A stretch of DNA of 57,376 bases from a virus (taxonomy: Duplodnaviria; Caudoviricetes), in the IMG/VR virus record IMGVR_UViG_3300023197_000044, positions 1 to 57,376 of that record; one strand, written 5' to 3'. How positions within the stretch are numbered: the first letter of the stretch is position 1; each line of letters begins with the position of its first letter. The position numbers were made by a program, and so were the translations under genes. The notes beneath the pieces are model-generated. The model saw only the letters and a list, made by a program, of their open reading frames with translations, did no database searches and was not told the origin of the DNA. This document shows positions 48,172-57,136 of the stretch, one piece after another.

Positions 48172-51100
48172 TGGACGTATTCGTTAAGACGTATCGGATT
48201 GAAGGCGGCAATATCCAGGGTGGTAAGTCCATCCAGGAGGTGCCCCTTCTAGAGGTCTCCGAGTTTGGCGAGGTGAAGAAGTACCTCGAAGAGGAGGCTA
48301 CGGAGTTCCGCATGGACTCAATCAGCCTCAAGACGGAGTTTCTGCCGAAGAGCTTCTTCGCCGACTACACGCCCCAGACGCCCTACCTCGTCGAGGTACA
48401 GGTCGGGTCGGGGTGGGATGCCTCGGACAGCCGGTGCATCTTCTACGGCCCCATCAAGAAGAAGTCCATCAAGTACAACGAGCGCACTGGCGTCACCTCG
48501 TTCGAGGTCTCGTCTTGGGAGCGCTCTGTTAAGCAGGCCGGTAGCGTCGTCGCCCGCGAGCGGATTCCCGTGAAGGTCGCCAAGCAGTATGTGAGTGACG
48601 GGAGCAACGTCGGCCCCTTGGCGCAGTGGCTCGGCTTTGGCCCCAAGGTTCGCGTAGCGGGCGAGGACCCGGACATCCCGGATATAATCGAGCGCGGGAT
48701 GATTCTCAAAACTAAAGCGAAGCTCGGGGACAACACGATCCCGTTCCATTTTCTCTGTAACACCACCCTGACGGAGCCTGAGACAGATGGTGTCACGGCG
48801 GGCGGTCAGACGATCTATCAGTTTCCGGTCCTAAGCGGAAGCAGTGGCCTTTTCCGGGGCGAAGGCTCGACGGAGGACAGGGCGTATTTCCCCTTGAAGC
48901 ATACCGGGCCGGTCAAAAGGCATAACAACTTGGGGCAGCATGTCGGTTGGAATGATAAGTGGTTGATGAGCGAGAAGAAGATCGCCCTGCCGCTTTCGTC
49001 TTTCGACTCCGATGTCACCGAGTTGGTGGGGGCAGAGGTTGAGATCACCGTCGACGAGAGCGTCTACGGTGCCGGGGTGAAGACGACGAAGACGAAGGTG
49101 ACTAACGCCTTCGTGGCGCCCCTAATTGACGGCCCGAAGGGGGCAATAGCCAACTTGGATACCAGCGGTCTTGAGCGGGGTGAGTACGGGATATTGGTTT
49201 TCGAGGACAAGGTGGGCGGTAGTGTGCAGCGAGGGACCTTCGAGGTTCCCACCAACTACAGCGGGGACCCGATTGGGCTTCCCGACATGATTGGGGCAAC
49301 CTGGACGTACAACAAGCTTCTCACCGTTGAGCCCGGTACGGACGGCACCCTGCTCTCTTCGGAAGCCTATGGTCGAGAGGGCGGGTCAATGCAGCCGTAC
49401 GGGGCAGTGCCCCTCGCCGAGGGGGTTGCGACTCGAACCCCGGCACTCGCCGACCTCCTGGATGGGAGCCCCGTCGTTAAAGGGACACCCGGTAGCCTGA
49501 GCAGGCGAATCCAGTTTGACGAGGACCTTATCAAGGCGCTCGGAGACATTCAGCGCTCCGCAGAAGCGCACATATCGTTTCAGGCCCGGTCGCGTGACCT
49601 GGAAGGGGGTGAGCGCAAGGACGTTACAGACGCAAACAATAATAAGATCGGGGAGGGCGCTCGGCGGGTGAAGATGGTCGTTGCCACAAGGGATTACCAG
49701 GCCCAACAGCCGACCCTTGACCTCCCGGACGCAATCGAGTGGAAAGGGGAGGCCCTGGGCGCGAAGCCCGACGTTGTGGTCGTAGAGGGGCCTAAGATCA
49801 TAAATGCAAGCTCCGATCGGGACAAAGCCGTGGGGTGGTTCCCGAAGGACGCCATCGACGACCCTGATAGGGCTGATGAGGGCGGCAATGAAGTCGTGAA
49901 GATTGAGGCCCCTCTTATCGAGGCTTCGGTCGAGGGCAATGGGCTCACTGTGCCGGAAAATATCTCCTCGGTGGCGGGGAGGGCAGAGCGCTACTACAAC
50001 TTCTACTCGCAGTATTTCCGCGAGAAGGAGGTCGTCGTTGATGGCGTGTTCGATCAGGTTGCCGGTGGCGCATACGAGGACCCCGTGATTGGCTCTACCG
50101 TGTCGGAGGACGAGTCGGTATTCGAGACCGGGGTAGTCACGAGCCAGTCGGTCGACTACGGGAAAGAGGAGACGACCCTAAACGTCTTAGTGGCGACGAG
50201 CTACGTTGCCCCCACCAATGCGGACCCGGTGGCGCTCCTACAGGCCCCAAGTGCGCTCCAATCCAACGACGGAGCAGTCCCCATCACTCTGGACGCCACC
50301 TCCTCCTACGACCCCAACGGAGACCCCATCTCCTTTAGGTGGCTCAAGAACGGGAGTGTGATTACCGGCGAGACCGGGCGCTACCTTGAGACCGATGCGC
50401 AGGACGGGGATCAGTACGAGGTCGAGGTGAAGGACCCGGAAGGGGCAATCGACGTGGACACAGTGACGATCAATGTCTCTACCGCAACCACGGGGTCAAG
50501 CGGGGGCGAACCGTACCTTTCCGTCCGCCTCGACGAGGGCTCTACAACAGACACCACAGAGGTCTATGATGTCGAGTCGCAGAAGAGGGGCGGCGACCTG
50601 AAAGTCGAATACAAGGTTCTCAGGGGCGACGAACTACTCAGCGAGGGGGAGATCGGGACAGGAGGGCCGGAAGCGTCCGGCTCGATTTCCGTAGACCGGA
50701 ATAATAGGTTCCTGAAGACTATCACGGTCAAGTCTTACGACCAGACGGACGGCACTGTCGCCAGGGCCGTGAGGACTGTTGCGCCTGCCTCTGAGGCGTC
50801 TACGGGGACAACACTGGGCAACTTCTTTACCGCCAACGGGGACGCAATAGAAGACGAGTGGGCTGGATTCTACGTTGATCGGGGGCGCAGGGAGGACGGC
50901 ACCGGGTCCGGCCTAATTTCGAGAGCGGTGGCATGGAACCCAACTACAGATCGCTTTGGAGTTGCCGACCTCGACGCCGCTAATGGTGGAGGGGCTGTTG
51001 AGTCGACTTTCGAGCAGTTCGCCCTGGCAAGTGCAGACGAGACAATAGATGGATCATGGAAATTTGGTGCTCAGACAGAATTTCGCGCTGAGGCGGATTT

Positions 51101-53252
51101 TCTCACGAACGGGGCGAAGTTCAACAATCACATCATTTACTCGCCCGACACCACGTACGACGTACTGAACATGCGGCGGTACGGGAAGGACTTCACCCTA
51201 CTCAACATGATGGCTCCCCCGCAGACTTCATGGGGCGGGGCAAGGGAGTGTACGCTTGCCCTCGTTAGGGGTGACGGTAACGAATACTTCATGGACCTCT
51301 ACAACATGGACTATGGGGACTCCGATCAGGGTAATTACTTGGATTATGGGAATGCCAGGATGGGGTTGAGGCTCCAGAAAAGGGGAACGGGGGTCTACAC
51401 TCCGTTCTTCTTTGAATACAGTGACGGCACGCGGGGCGAAGAGATCGAGGCGATGGTGATGTACCCCCAGCAGTCAACGAACAGCACCAACGATACCAAG
51501 ATCGAGGTAGTCAACGAATTTGAGGTTGGCGGTACCGCTGTAATTGGTGAGCATATTGGCAGCCCCTCCTACACGAGCGGGATTCTTGGGGCAGGGTGGA
51601 GGGTGGATAATACCCCAGCGGAGGGGTCGTTCTTCGAGGTCGACAACATGCGTGTGCGTAATGAATTTCGCACGCACATTTTCAAGAAGGACATCGTGAA
51701 GGCGAGCAACGGCTACTTGCTCATTACCGACTCTGCGAAGGTTGCCGAAGGGAAGGCGATGTTCCAGGACGGGCAAACCCTTGATGTGGAGTCTGGAGAG
51801 GGCAATGCCAGCTTCTCGGTCAATGACCTTCTCTGGGTAAAGACGCTCGACGACGCCGGATCAACTGTCTACGAAATCAAGCTCACTGTAACGGCTGTAG
51901 ATGCCTCCCCAGGCGATAAGGACATCTTGACGGTCAACGTGCAGTCAGCGGGTGACGTGTACGAGGGCGATACCCTCGTTCGCGTGTCGGGCGGCTACTT
52001 GCTCAATGACGCAAGCAGCCAGTATGCCCCCTTCATTGACGTGTATGACGGAGTGAGTACGTGGTCTGACTTCCGGCACCCTAACAAGCTAAAGGCTCGG
52101 TACGGCAACCTGGAGGGGGTCAGTCACCCGACCATGAACCCAAGTGGGTACGGGCTCTATAGCGAGAATACCTACCTCGAAGGGGAGTTCGTAGCCGGTA
52201 GTGGGACCACGCACATCAAGTCCAACGGGGACCTCTACCTTGCAGATGGAGACATCACCTACAATGGCATAACCCTTGAGGTTAGCGCCAAAATCACGGC
52301 CCTGAGTGGTGACATCGCAGGATGGAGCATCACCCACAACAGCCTGGATAAGAGCTTCACCAACACAACGCTCAACCTTGGCACCCTTCCGAGTGCCAGT
52401 GACTACGGGTTCCGCGCAGCCTCATCCAGCGGTCGAGAGGTGTTCATGCGTGTAGATGAGAGTGCAGATCAGGCGGAAATTGGCGCGTACAAGGACTCCG
52501 CGAACCACGTGGCTATAGGCGAGGACTTTTGGGGGATAATGAACGGGGTTGGTGTGCGGATTCGGTCTGCGGGTACGGATGTGCTACAGGCAGACGAGGA
52601 TGGGTTGAAGGTCGACGCGCTCTTCACTGACGAAATTTTCTCCAATGAGGCCACTATCAGTGAGAGATTGACAATTGGCTCAACTGGAGAGATTACCAAT
52701 GGGGCGGGAGACTACACAATAGACAGCGATGGGATCGCTTTGAACACCGGCTCCGGCATTCTTGCCAGGGCAATAACCTGGAACGAGAGTGGCACTGAGA
52801 TTGCCCGCATTGCCGCCGACAATGGGAGCTACGTTCAGAGCGTCTATGGGGATGCGAACTCCAGCTACTCAGGGCAAACACTCCAGGCCCGCTCCGCGAA
52901 GGGGTCGACGGGTTCGTATAGTTACTGCGAGATTGCGATTAGCTACCGCCCGACAGGAAGCGACAGTATCCAATTAAATACGTCGGACTCAGATGGAGTC
53001 TACACCAATGACTCGCCAAGGGTGGAGATCGGTACTGTTCTTGGCGGGAATACCGATGTGATGCTCCAGTTCTTGCCGAACGAGAAGGTAATGAAGTTCC
53101 CGAACTATCGCACTTCTCACTACCCCTGGAGCGCACTCAATCAGGGAGAGGCCGTGCTGTACGTCATGAAAAAGGGGGACGGAGACATCGACCTAATGTG
53201 GCGAGAGAAGACAGACGATGGCAGTACGTACCAGACGAATCTTGGCTCGTAA
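48171..53252 (+). CDS. Large tail tip / central fibre protein with a PKD-like domain
   Basis: 1693 aa, beta-rich; NADPVA...ITLDATSSYDPNGDPISFRW; GYGLYSENTYLEG. Confidence 0.82.
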   Translation: MDVFVKTYRIEGGNIQGGKSIQEVPLLEVSEFGEVKKYLEEEATEFRMDSISLKTEFLPKSFFADYTPQTPYLVEVQVGSGWDASDSRCIFYGPIKKKSIKYNERTGVTSFEVSSWERSVKQAGSVVARERIPVKVAKQYVSDGSNVGPLAQWLGFGPKVRVAGEDPDIPDIIERGMILKTKAKLGDNTIPFHFLCNTTLTEPETDGVTAGGQTIYQFPVLSGSSGLFRGEGSTEDRAYFPLKHTGPVKRHNNLGQHVGWNDKWLMSEKKIALPLSSFDSDVTELVGAEVEITVDESVYGAGVKTTKTKVTNAFVAPLIDGPKGAIANLDTSGLERGEYGILVFEDKVGGSVQRGTFEVPTNYSGDPIGLPDMIGATWTYNKLLTVEPGTDGTLLSSEAYGREGGSMQPYGAVPLAEGVATRTPALADLLDGSPVVKGTPGSLSRRIQFDEDLIKALGDIQRSAEAHISFQARSRDLEGGERKDVTDANNNKIGEGARRVKMVVATRDYQAQQPTLDLPDAIEWKGEALGAKPDVVVVEGPKIINASSDRDKAVGWFPKDAIDDPDRADEGGNEVVKIEAPLIEASVEGNGLTVPENISSVAGRAERYYNFYSQYFREKEVVVDGVFDQVAGGAYEDPVIGSTVSEDESVFETGVVTSQSVDYGKEETTLNVLVATSYVAPTNADPVALLQAPSALQSNDGAVPITLDATSSYDPNGDPISFRWLKNGSVITGETGRYLETDAQDGDQYEVEVKDPEGAIDVDTVTINVSTATTGSSGGEPYLSVRLDEGSTTDTTEVYDVESQKRGGDLKVEYKVLRGDELLSEGEIGTGGPEASGSISVDRNNRFLKTITVKSYDQTDGTVARAVRTVAPASEASTGTTLGNFFTANGDAIEDEWAGFYVDRGRREDGTGSGLISRAVAWNPTTDRFGVADLDAANGGGAVESTFEQFALASADETIDGSWKFGAQTEFRAEADFLTNGAKFNNHIIYSPDTTYDVLNMRRYGKDFTLLNMMAPPQTSWGGARECTLALVRGDGNEYFMDLYNMDYGDSDQGNYLDYGNARMGLRLQKRGTGVYTPFFFEYSDGTRGEEIEAMVMYPQQSTNSTNDTKIEVVNEFEVGGTAVIGEHIGSPSYTSGILGAGWRVDNTPAEGSFFEVDNMRVRNEFRTHIFKKDIVKASNGYLLITDSAKVAEGKAMFQDGQTLDVESGEGNASFSVNDLLWVKTLDDAGSTVYEIKLTVTAVDASPGDKDILTVNVQSAGDVYEGDTLVRVSGGYLLNDASSQYAPFIDVYDGVSTWSDFRHPNKLKARYGNLEGVSHPTMNPSGYGLYSENTYLEGEFVAGSGTTHIKSNGDLYLADGDITYNGITLEVSAKITALSGDIAGWSITHNSLDKSFTNTTLNLGTLPSASDYGFRAASSSGREVFMRVDESADQAEIGAYKDSANHVAIGEDFWGIMNGVGVRIRSAGTDVLQADEDGLKVDALFTDEIFSNEATISERLTIGSTGEITNGAGDYTIDSDGIALNTGSGILARAITWNESGTEIARIAADNGSYVQSVYGDANSSYSGQTLQARSAKGSTGSYSYCEIAISYRPTGSDSIQLNTSDSDGVYTNDSPRVEIGTVLGGNTDVMLQFLPNEKVMKFPNYRTSHYPWSALNQGEAVLYVMKKGDGDIDLMWREKTDDGSTYQTNLGS

Positions 53253-53355
53253 CGTGAGGCACACCCGGTTGACGGCTGGGCCTGAGCCCCTATATTGGAG
53301 TACACTCTTACTCACCGGCCCTTACCGGGGCTTATTGCAAACAAAGGAGGCAACC

Positions 53356-53832
53356 ATGACAGATCAGCCAGAAGCACACACGCAGTCACCACGAGCGCCC
53401 CAGGACGCGCCGGAAGGCGAGGCAGGGGAGCAGGGCAACCCGAGCAACCGGGAGCTTATCCAGCGCTTCAACACACTCCAGGCCGTGAAGCCGTGCTTCA
53501 CTGTGCCGAAGATCAAGTACGCAATGACGAAGAACATGACTCGCATTGAACAGGCCCTCAAGCCGTTCCATCGGGCTGACGAGGAGCTTCGGGGTGAGTT
53601 CGGTATCTCGGGTCAGGAGCCCCTTCGTACCAAGGATGGAGAGCCCCGCGAGGGCATCGACCAGGAGTTCTACGACCGCCGCCAGGGCCTCCTCGGAGAA
53701 GAGGGCGACCCCTACGACGAGTACAATGTCTCAGATCGGTTCCTCGACAAAGAGGAGGGGCGTATGCGTGACGGAAGCAGGGGGCTTCCTGAGGGCGCCA
53801 TTTCGCCTATCATGTGGCTCTTCTCCGAATAA
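53356..53832 (+). CDS. Hypothetical protein (possible tail-fibre-associated)
   Basis: Hairpin and GGAGGCAACCATG define the start. Confidence 0.68.
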   Translation: MTDQPEAHTQSPRAPQDAPEGEAGEQGNPSNRELIQRFNTLQAVKPCFTVPKIKYAMTKNMTRIEQALKPFHRADEELRGEFGISGQEPLRTKDGEPREGIDQEFYDRRQGLLGEEGDPYDEYNVSDRFLDKEEGRMRDGSRGLPEGAISPIMWLFSE

Positions 53833-53943
53833 TGAGCACAGGTGTAAGCGGAACCCCTGGCGAGGACGTGCCCGATTGGGTACCTTGGGAGTGTAGTTGA
53901 TTGAGGGGCTTACCGGCCCCCATAATCCCAAGACAACCATGAC

Positions 53944-54564
53944 ATGCACCCCCTCTTTTTTGCCCTCCTGGGCACGTCCTGCCTTTGGGTTTTCGGCTAT
54001 TGGATATCACGTAGCCCGAGCCTGGAGGTTACTCGTTTCTTGTCCCCCATCGTCTCTCTTGGGCAGCACGCCCAGGTGAAAGGCACACTTTCCTTTCTTG
54101 CAATCGAGACGGGTTTTATTGACTCCCTGCTCACTTTCATGCAGGGAGTTTTTGAGGTAAGGGCCGAGGCCGCGTTTGCCCTGGGGCTCGTACTCCTGTT
54201 CGACTTTGCCTCCGGGGTCTACGCCTCGTGGTGGCGCAAGTCCGACGAGCTTGGGCGCCCCGCAGCCTTCAATCAGTTCTTGTCGTCGAGGCGACTGCGG
54301 GACTCGATCATCAAGATCGGGGAGTACCTGTCTGTCCTAATCCTCTTCACGGTCGCCGCTAACGTGTGGGAGGTGGAGCTTGGGTGGGCGAAGCGCTGGA
54401 CCTACCTGATGATCTTTCTAACGGAGTTCTGGAGCACCCGAGAGAACTTCCAGGACGTTCCGATCCGGGGTGTCATGGACCAGATGCGGCAACTCATCAA
54501 CAAGGGCACGGCAAAGGACATCTCAGTCGACTCACAAGGCCCCGGTGCCAATGACGATGAATAA
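53944..54564 (+). CDS. Holin (Phage_holin_4_1-like)
   Basis: Several TM segments; LFDFASGV...SRRLRDSIIK...TEFWSTREN. Confidence 0.82.
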   Translation: MHPLFFALLGTSCLWVFGYWISRSPSLEVTRFLSPIVSLGQHAQVKGTLSFLAIETGFIDSLLTFMQGVFEVRAEAAFALGLVLLFDFASGVYASWWRKSDELGRPAAFNQFLSSRRLRDSIIKIGEYLSVLILFTVAANVWEVELGWAKRWTYLMIFLTEFWSTRENFQDVPIRGVMDQMRQLINKGTAKDISVDSQGPGANDDE

Positions 54565-55162
54565 CAACATGCCCACGCGATCCGACAGCGGGGTCTCCTT
54601 CTTTCTAATCCTCGTTGTCCTCGCCCTGCTTCTATCCCTGCTGGCCTGTTCATCTACGGGCACCGAGCACGTTCGCATCGACCAGACGGACCGGAGGGAT
54701 GCGGTGCAGACCGAGGCCCCGGACACGGTAACCGTTGAGCGAGTCCGCACAGACACGCTCTGGATGCCGGGAATGACGCTCACGGTACCCGAGACTGTGG
54801 AGGTAGCGCGGGAGGAGCCGACCGCCAGGGATACGACCGATGCCTTCCCCCTGAAAGAGGTCGCCGTAGACAGCGCACAGGTACGCCTATCGGGCCTCAC
54901 TGAGCGGCACATCCTCGCTGCGCCGTGCCTCGGGCAGCGCCTCATTGGACGCTCGGTGCAAGGGGAGATGGAGTTCTACGTCGAAGGCGATTGCGTGGCG
55001 AGGGACACGACCATAGAATGTACCTACGAAAAGGAGTCGTGGATAGAGCGCACGACTGATAAGCTCGCCCGCTGGTTCAGCCTCGTAGCCCTGGTTGGCT
55101 TCGGCATGTACCTCTTGTGGGGCACGCTGGAGACCGCCATACGGGCGGCGCTTCCCTGGTAG
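54557..55162 (+). CDS. Lipoprotein with a C-terminal TM helix; u-spanin-like
   Basis: Lipobox LLA-C, then a C-terminal WFSLVALVGFGMYLLW; directly after the holin. Confidence 0.68.
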   Translation: MNNNMPTRSDSGVSFFLILVVLALLLSLLACSSTGTEHVRIDQTDRRDAVQTEAPDTVTVERVRTDTLWMPGMTLTVPETVEVAREEPTARDTTDAFPLKEVAVDSAQVRLSGLTERHILAAPCLGQRLIGRSVQGEMEFYVEGDCVARDTTIECTYEKESWIERTTDKLARWFSLVALVGFGMYLLWGTLETAIRAALPW

Positions 55163-55226
55163 CGAGCACGCGACGAACTCACTCTACGGGTGCTTACCGG
55201 CGCCCTACAACAACCAATAGACAACC

Positions 55227-56594
55227 ATGGATATCAGCTATCAGGAATTGCGCAACCGAATGGCGAATCAGTACCGCAGAAAGATTCTGGAGGACGGTTG
55301 GGGCCGTCACCGGATCGCCGACGACGCCTCGGCGAAGTACGGTTTCGGGGTGTCCCGGAAGCAGGCCCGCAAGGTAATCAACCGGGTCCGGGAAGAGGCC
55401 GACGCCCCGCCCGAGGTTGGCGACGTGGTAGAGGTTCACACCCCGGAGTCCGATGTGGACTACGAGAACGGCGAGGCGAGCACCGTATCGGCCCGCCCCA
55501 TGACGATGGACGAGGCTATCGAGCACCTGGGCATCAACGAAGAGGACTGGAGGATCATCCGTCCGAAGGTGGGCACGTACGAGGGGCAGTGCAAGGTGGA
55601 TGTGGTGACCGGCTACGACGCCGAGGACGAACCGATCACCGAGCAGGAGCACCGCGTCAAGACGATGTATAAGTTCGAGTTCGCCCTGGAGCGGCGCCAC
55701 CCTGCCGAGACTGAGGCATTCGCCGACAAGCTCCTCGAACAGGTCGCCGACGAGGCCCCGATCTACCGAGCCAACATCCAGCAGCCGAAGACGGGGAACC
55801 TGATGCGGCTGCACATCCCGGATCTCCACGTGGGCAAGGAGGGGTACCAAGCTGACTGGTCTCCCGACTCGGTCCGTGAGCGCGTCTTTCGCGTCCTCGA
55901 CGAGTTCGTTGCCCTGGCAGAGCAACACGGAGTGGACCGGATCTCCTGGCCCCTGGGGCACGACATCCTCCAGGTAGACCGCACCTTCGAGCAGGGCAGG
56001 GCGGGAGGAGGGGGTACCCTCAGCACCACGTCCAGCGGCACGCCGGTCACCTCGGCAATGCCGTGGATCGAACAGTTCCTCCTTGGCTGCGACCTCGCAG
56101 AGCAGATCGCCCGTCGCCTATTGGAGGTAGCGCCCCTGGACATCAACGTCGTTCCCGGCAACCACTCCGAGCAGTCCGAGATTGCCATTGGGCGCGTGAT
56201 GATCGCGGAGTTCAGGAATAGCCCGGACGTGCGGGTCAACCTCGACTCCAGCCGAGACAAATACTACGAGTGGGGCGTCAATGGCTTCATGGACACGCAT
56301 GGAGACACCGTGAGCTTCAAGAAGCTCGCTATGGCATTCGCCACCTCCAACGGAGAGCTTTGGGGCAAGAGCAAGTGGCGAGAGGTCAACGTGGGGCACA
56401 AGCACGTCACCAAGAAGCGCCCGGTGGGTATCCGAAGCAATGAGACAGGCGGGTGCTGCGTTTACATCTCGCCCTCACTGAGCCCACAGGACGAGTGGCA
56501 CGCGAAGTACCACTACCACGGAATGCCGGGTGCCCAGGCGTTTATGTACCACAAGGAGCGCGGCCCCTTTGCCAACTACGAGCGGTTCTTTTAG
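55227..56594 (+). CDS. Calcineurin-like metallophosphoesterase with an N-terminal extension
   Basis: DLHVGK, GHDIL, PGNH, HGD, GHKH motifs. Confidence 0.85.
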   Translation: MDISYQELRNRMANQYRRKILEDGWGRHRIADDASAKYGFGVSRKQARKVINRVREEADAPPEVGDVVEVHTPESDVDYENGEASTVSARPMTMDEAIEHLGINEEDWRIIRPKVGTYEGQCKVDVVTGYDAEDEPITEQEHRVKTMYKFEFALERRHPAETEAFADKLLEQVADEAPIYRANIQQPKTGNLMRLHIPDLHVGKEGYQADWSPDSVRERVFRVLDEFVALAEQHGVDRISWPLGHDILQVDRTFEQGRAGGGGTLSTTSSGTPVTSAMPWIEQFLLGCDLAEQIARRLLEVAPLDINVVPGNHSEQSEIAIGRVMIAEFRNSPDVRVNLDSSRDKYYEWGVNGFMDTHGDTVSFKKLAMAFATSNGELWGKSKWREVNVGHKHVTKKRPVGIRSNETGGCCVYISPSLSPQDEWHAKYHYHGMPGAQAFMYHKERGPFANYERFF

Positions 56595-56664
56595 TGCGGA
56601 TTGTGGGCTTAACCACCTATTCACCGGAATCTTGGGGTTGTGGCACAGGTCAGGCTTGAGAAGA

Positions 56665-56718
56665 ACTTGCAACTACGACCCGGTGACTTGCAACTACACC
56701 CCGACCATGTTATATAAA
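56665..56718 (+). promoter_or_regulatory. Predicted promoter of sRNA-A with an overlapping direct repeat
   Basis: TTGCAA (56688-56693), 17 nt, TATATA (56711-56716) with extended TG; ACTTGCAACTAC at 56665 and 56686. Confidence 0.65.
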
Positions 56719-56720
56719 TA

Positions 56721-56814
56721 TGCCTGCTTAGGCAAAACAAAGGCGGTTTTAGCATGGTTGTCTTCCCGCCTGATAGTGCCCGCATCGCCCCAACGGTGTG
56801 GGCATTTTCTATTT
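56721..56814 (+). ncRNA. Predicted sRNA-A, antisense to the phage-wide AAGACAACCATG start motif
   Basis: Hairpins TGCCT-GCTT-AGGCA and AGGCGG-[TTTTAGCATGGTTGTCTTC]-CCGCCT; terminator TGCCCGCATCG-CCCCAA-CGGTGTGGGCA-TTTTCTATTT. Confidence 0.7.
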
Positions 56815-56833
56815 GTGTGCAGCCTAAGCAAGC

Positions 56834-56958
56834 AAAGAAAAGGGCCGCAGCCGATACCTTCCCTGGCTACGACCCGAGCGGTATAGGGCCGTTGGCGCCG
56901 GTAGGCACCCTCTCATTTCTCTTCGGCCCTCTGGTTGTCTTCGCCGTCTACTTGTCTG
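56834..56958 (-). ncRNA. Predicted sRNA-B carrying the sense motif and the YUACCG hairpin (decoy-like)
   Basis: Minus strand CGGC-[GAAGACAACCAGAGG]-GCCG and GGTGC-CTACCG-GCGCC; terminator GGGTCGTAGCC/GGCTGCGGCCC-TTTTCTTT; TATATT at 56968-56963. Confidence 0.58.
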
Positions 56959-57136
56959 CGACAATATAGAGGATCTTAAACCGCATTGTACTCCAGCGGC
57001 GCGAGTTCACGTGGTCCTCTTAGTCTTCGGTCGCAGGCGCCCGCGCACGAGAGAGCCCTGCTCATGGGCAATATGGGAAAAGCATCTCGCACCAACTCCG
57101 ACTCAGCGCCCACAGACCCGGGTTTTCGCGTTTCCT

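Noticed and set aside
56621-56755. 44-codon minus-strand ORF starting at GAAGACAACCATG (56755)
   Set aside because: Basic and Cys-rich unlike the acidic proteome, lacks a nearby YUACCN hairpin, lies downstream of a minus-strand terminator, and the local G-U pairs favour a plus-strand RNA. It remains the main alternative to sRNA-A.
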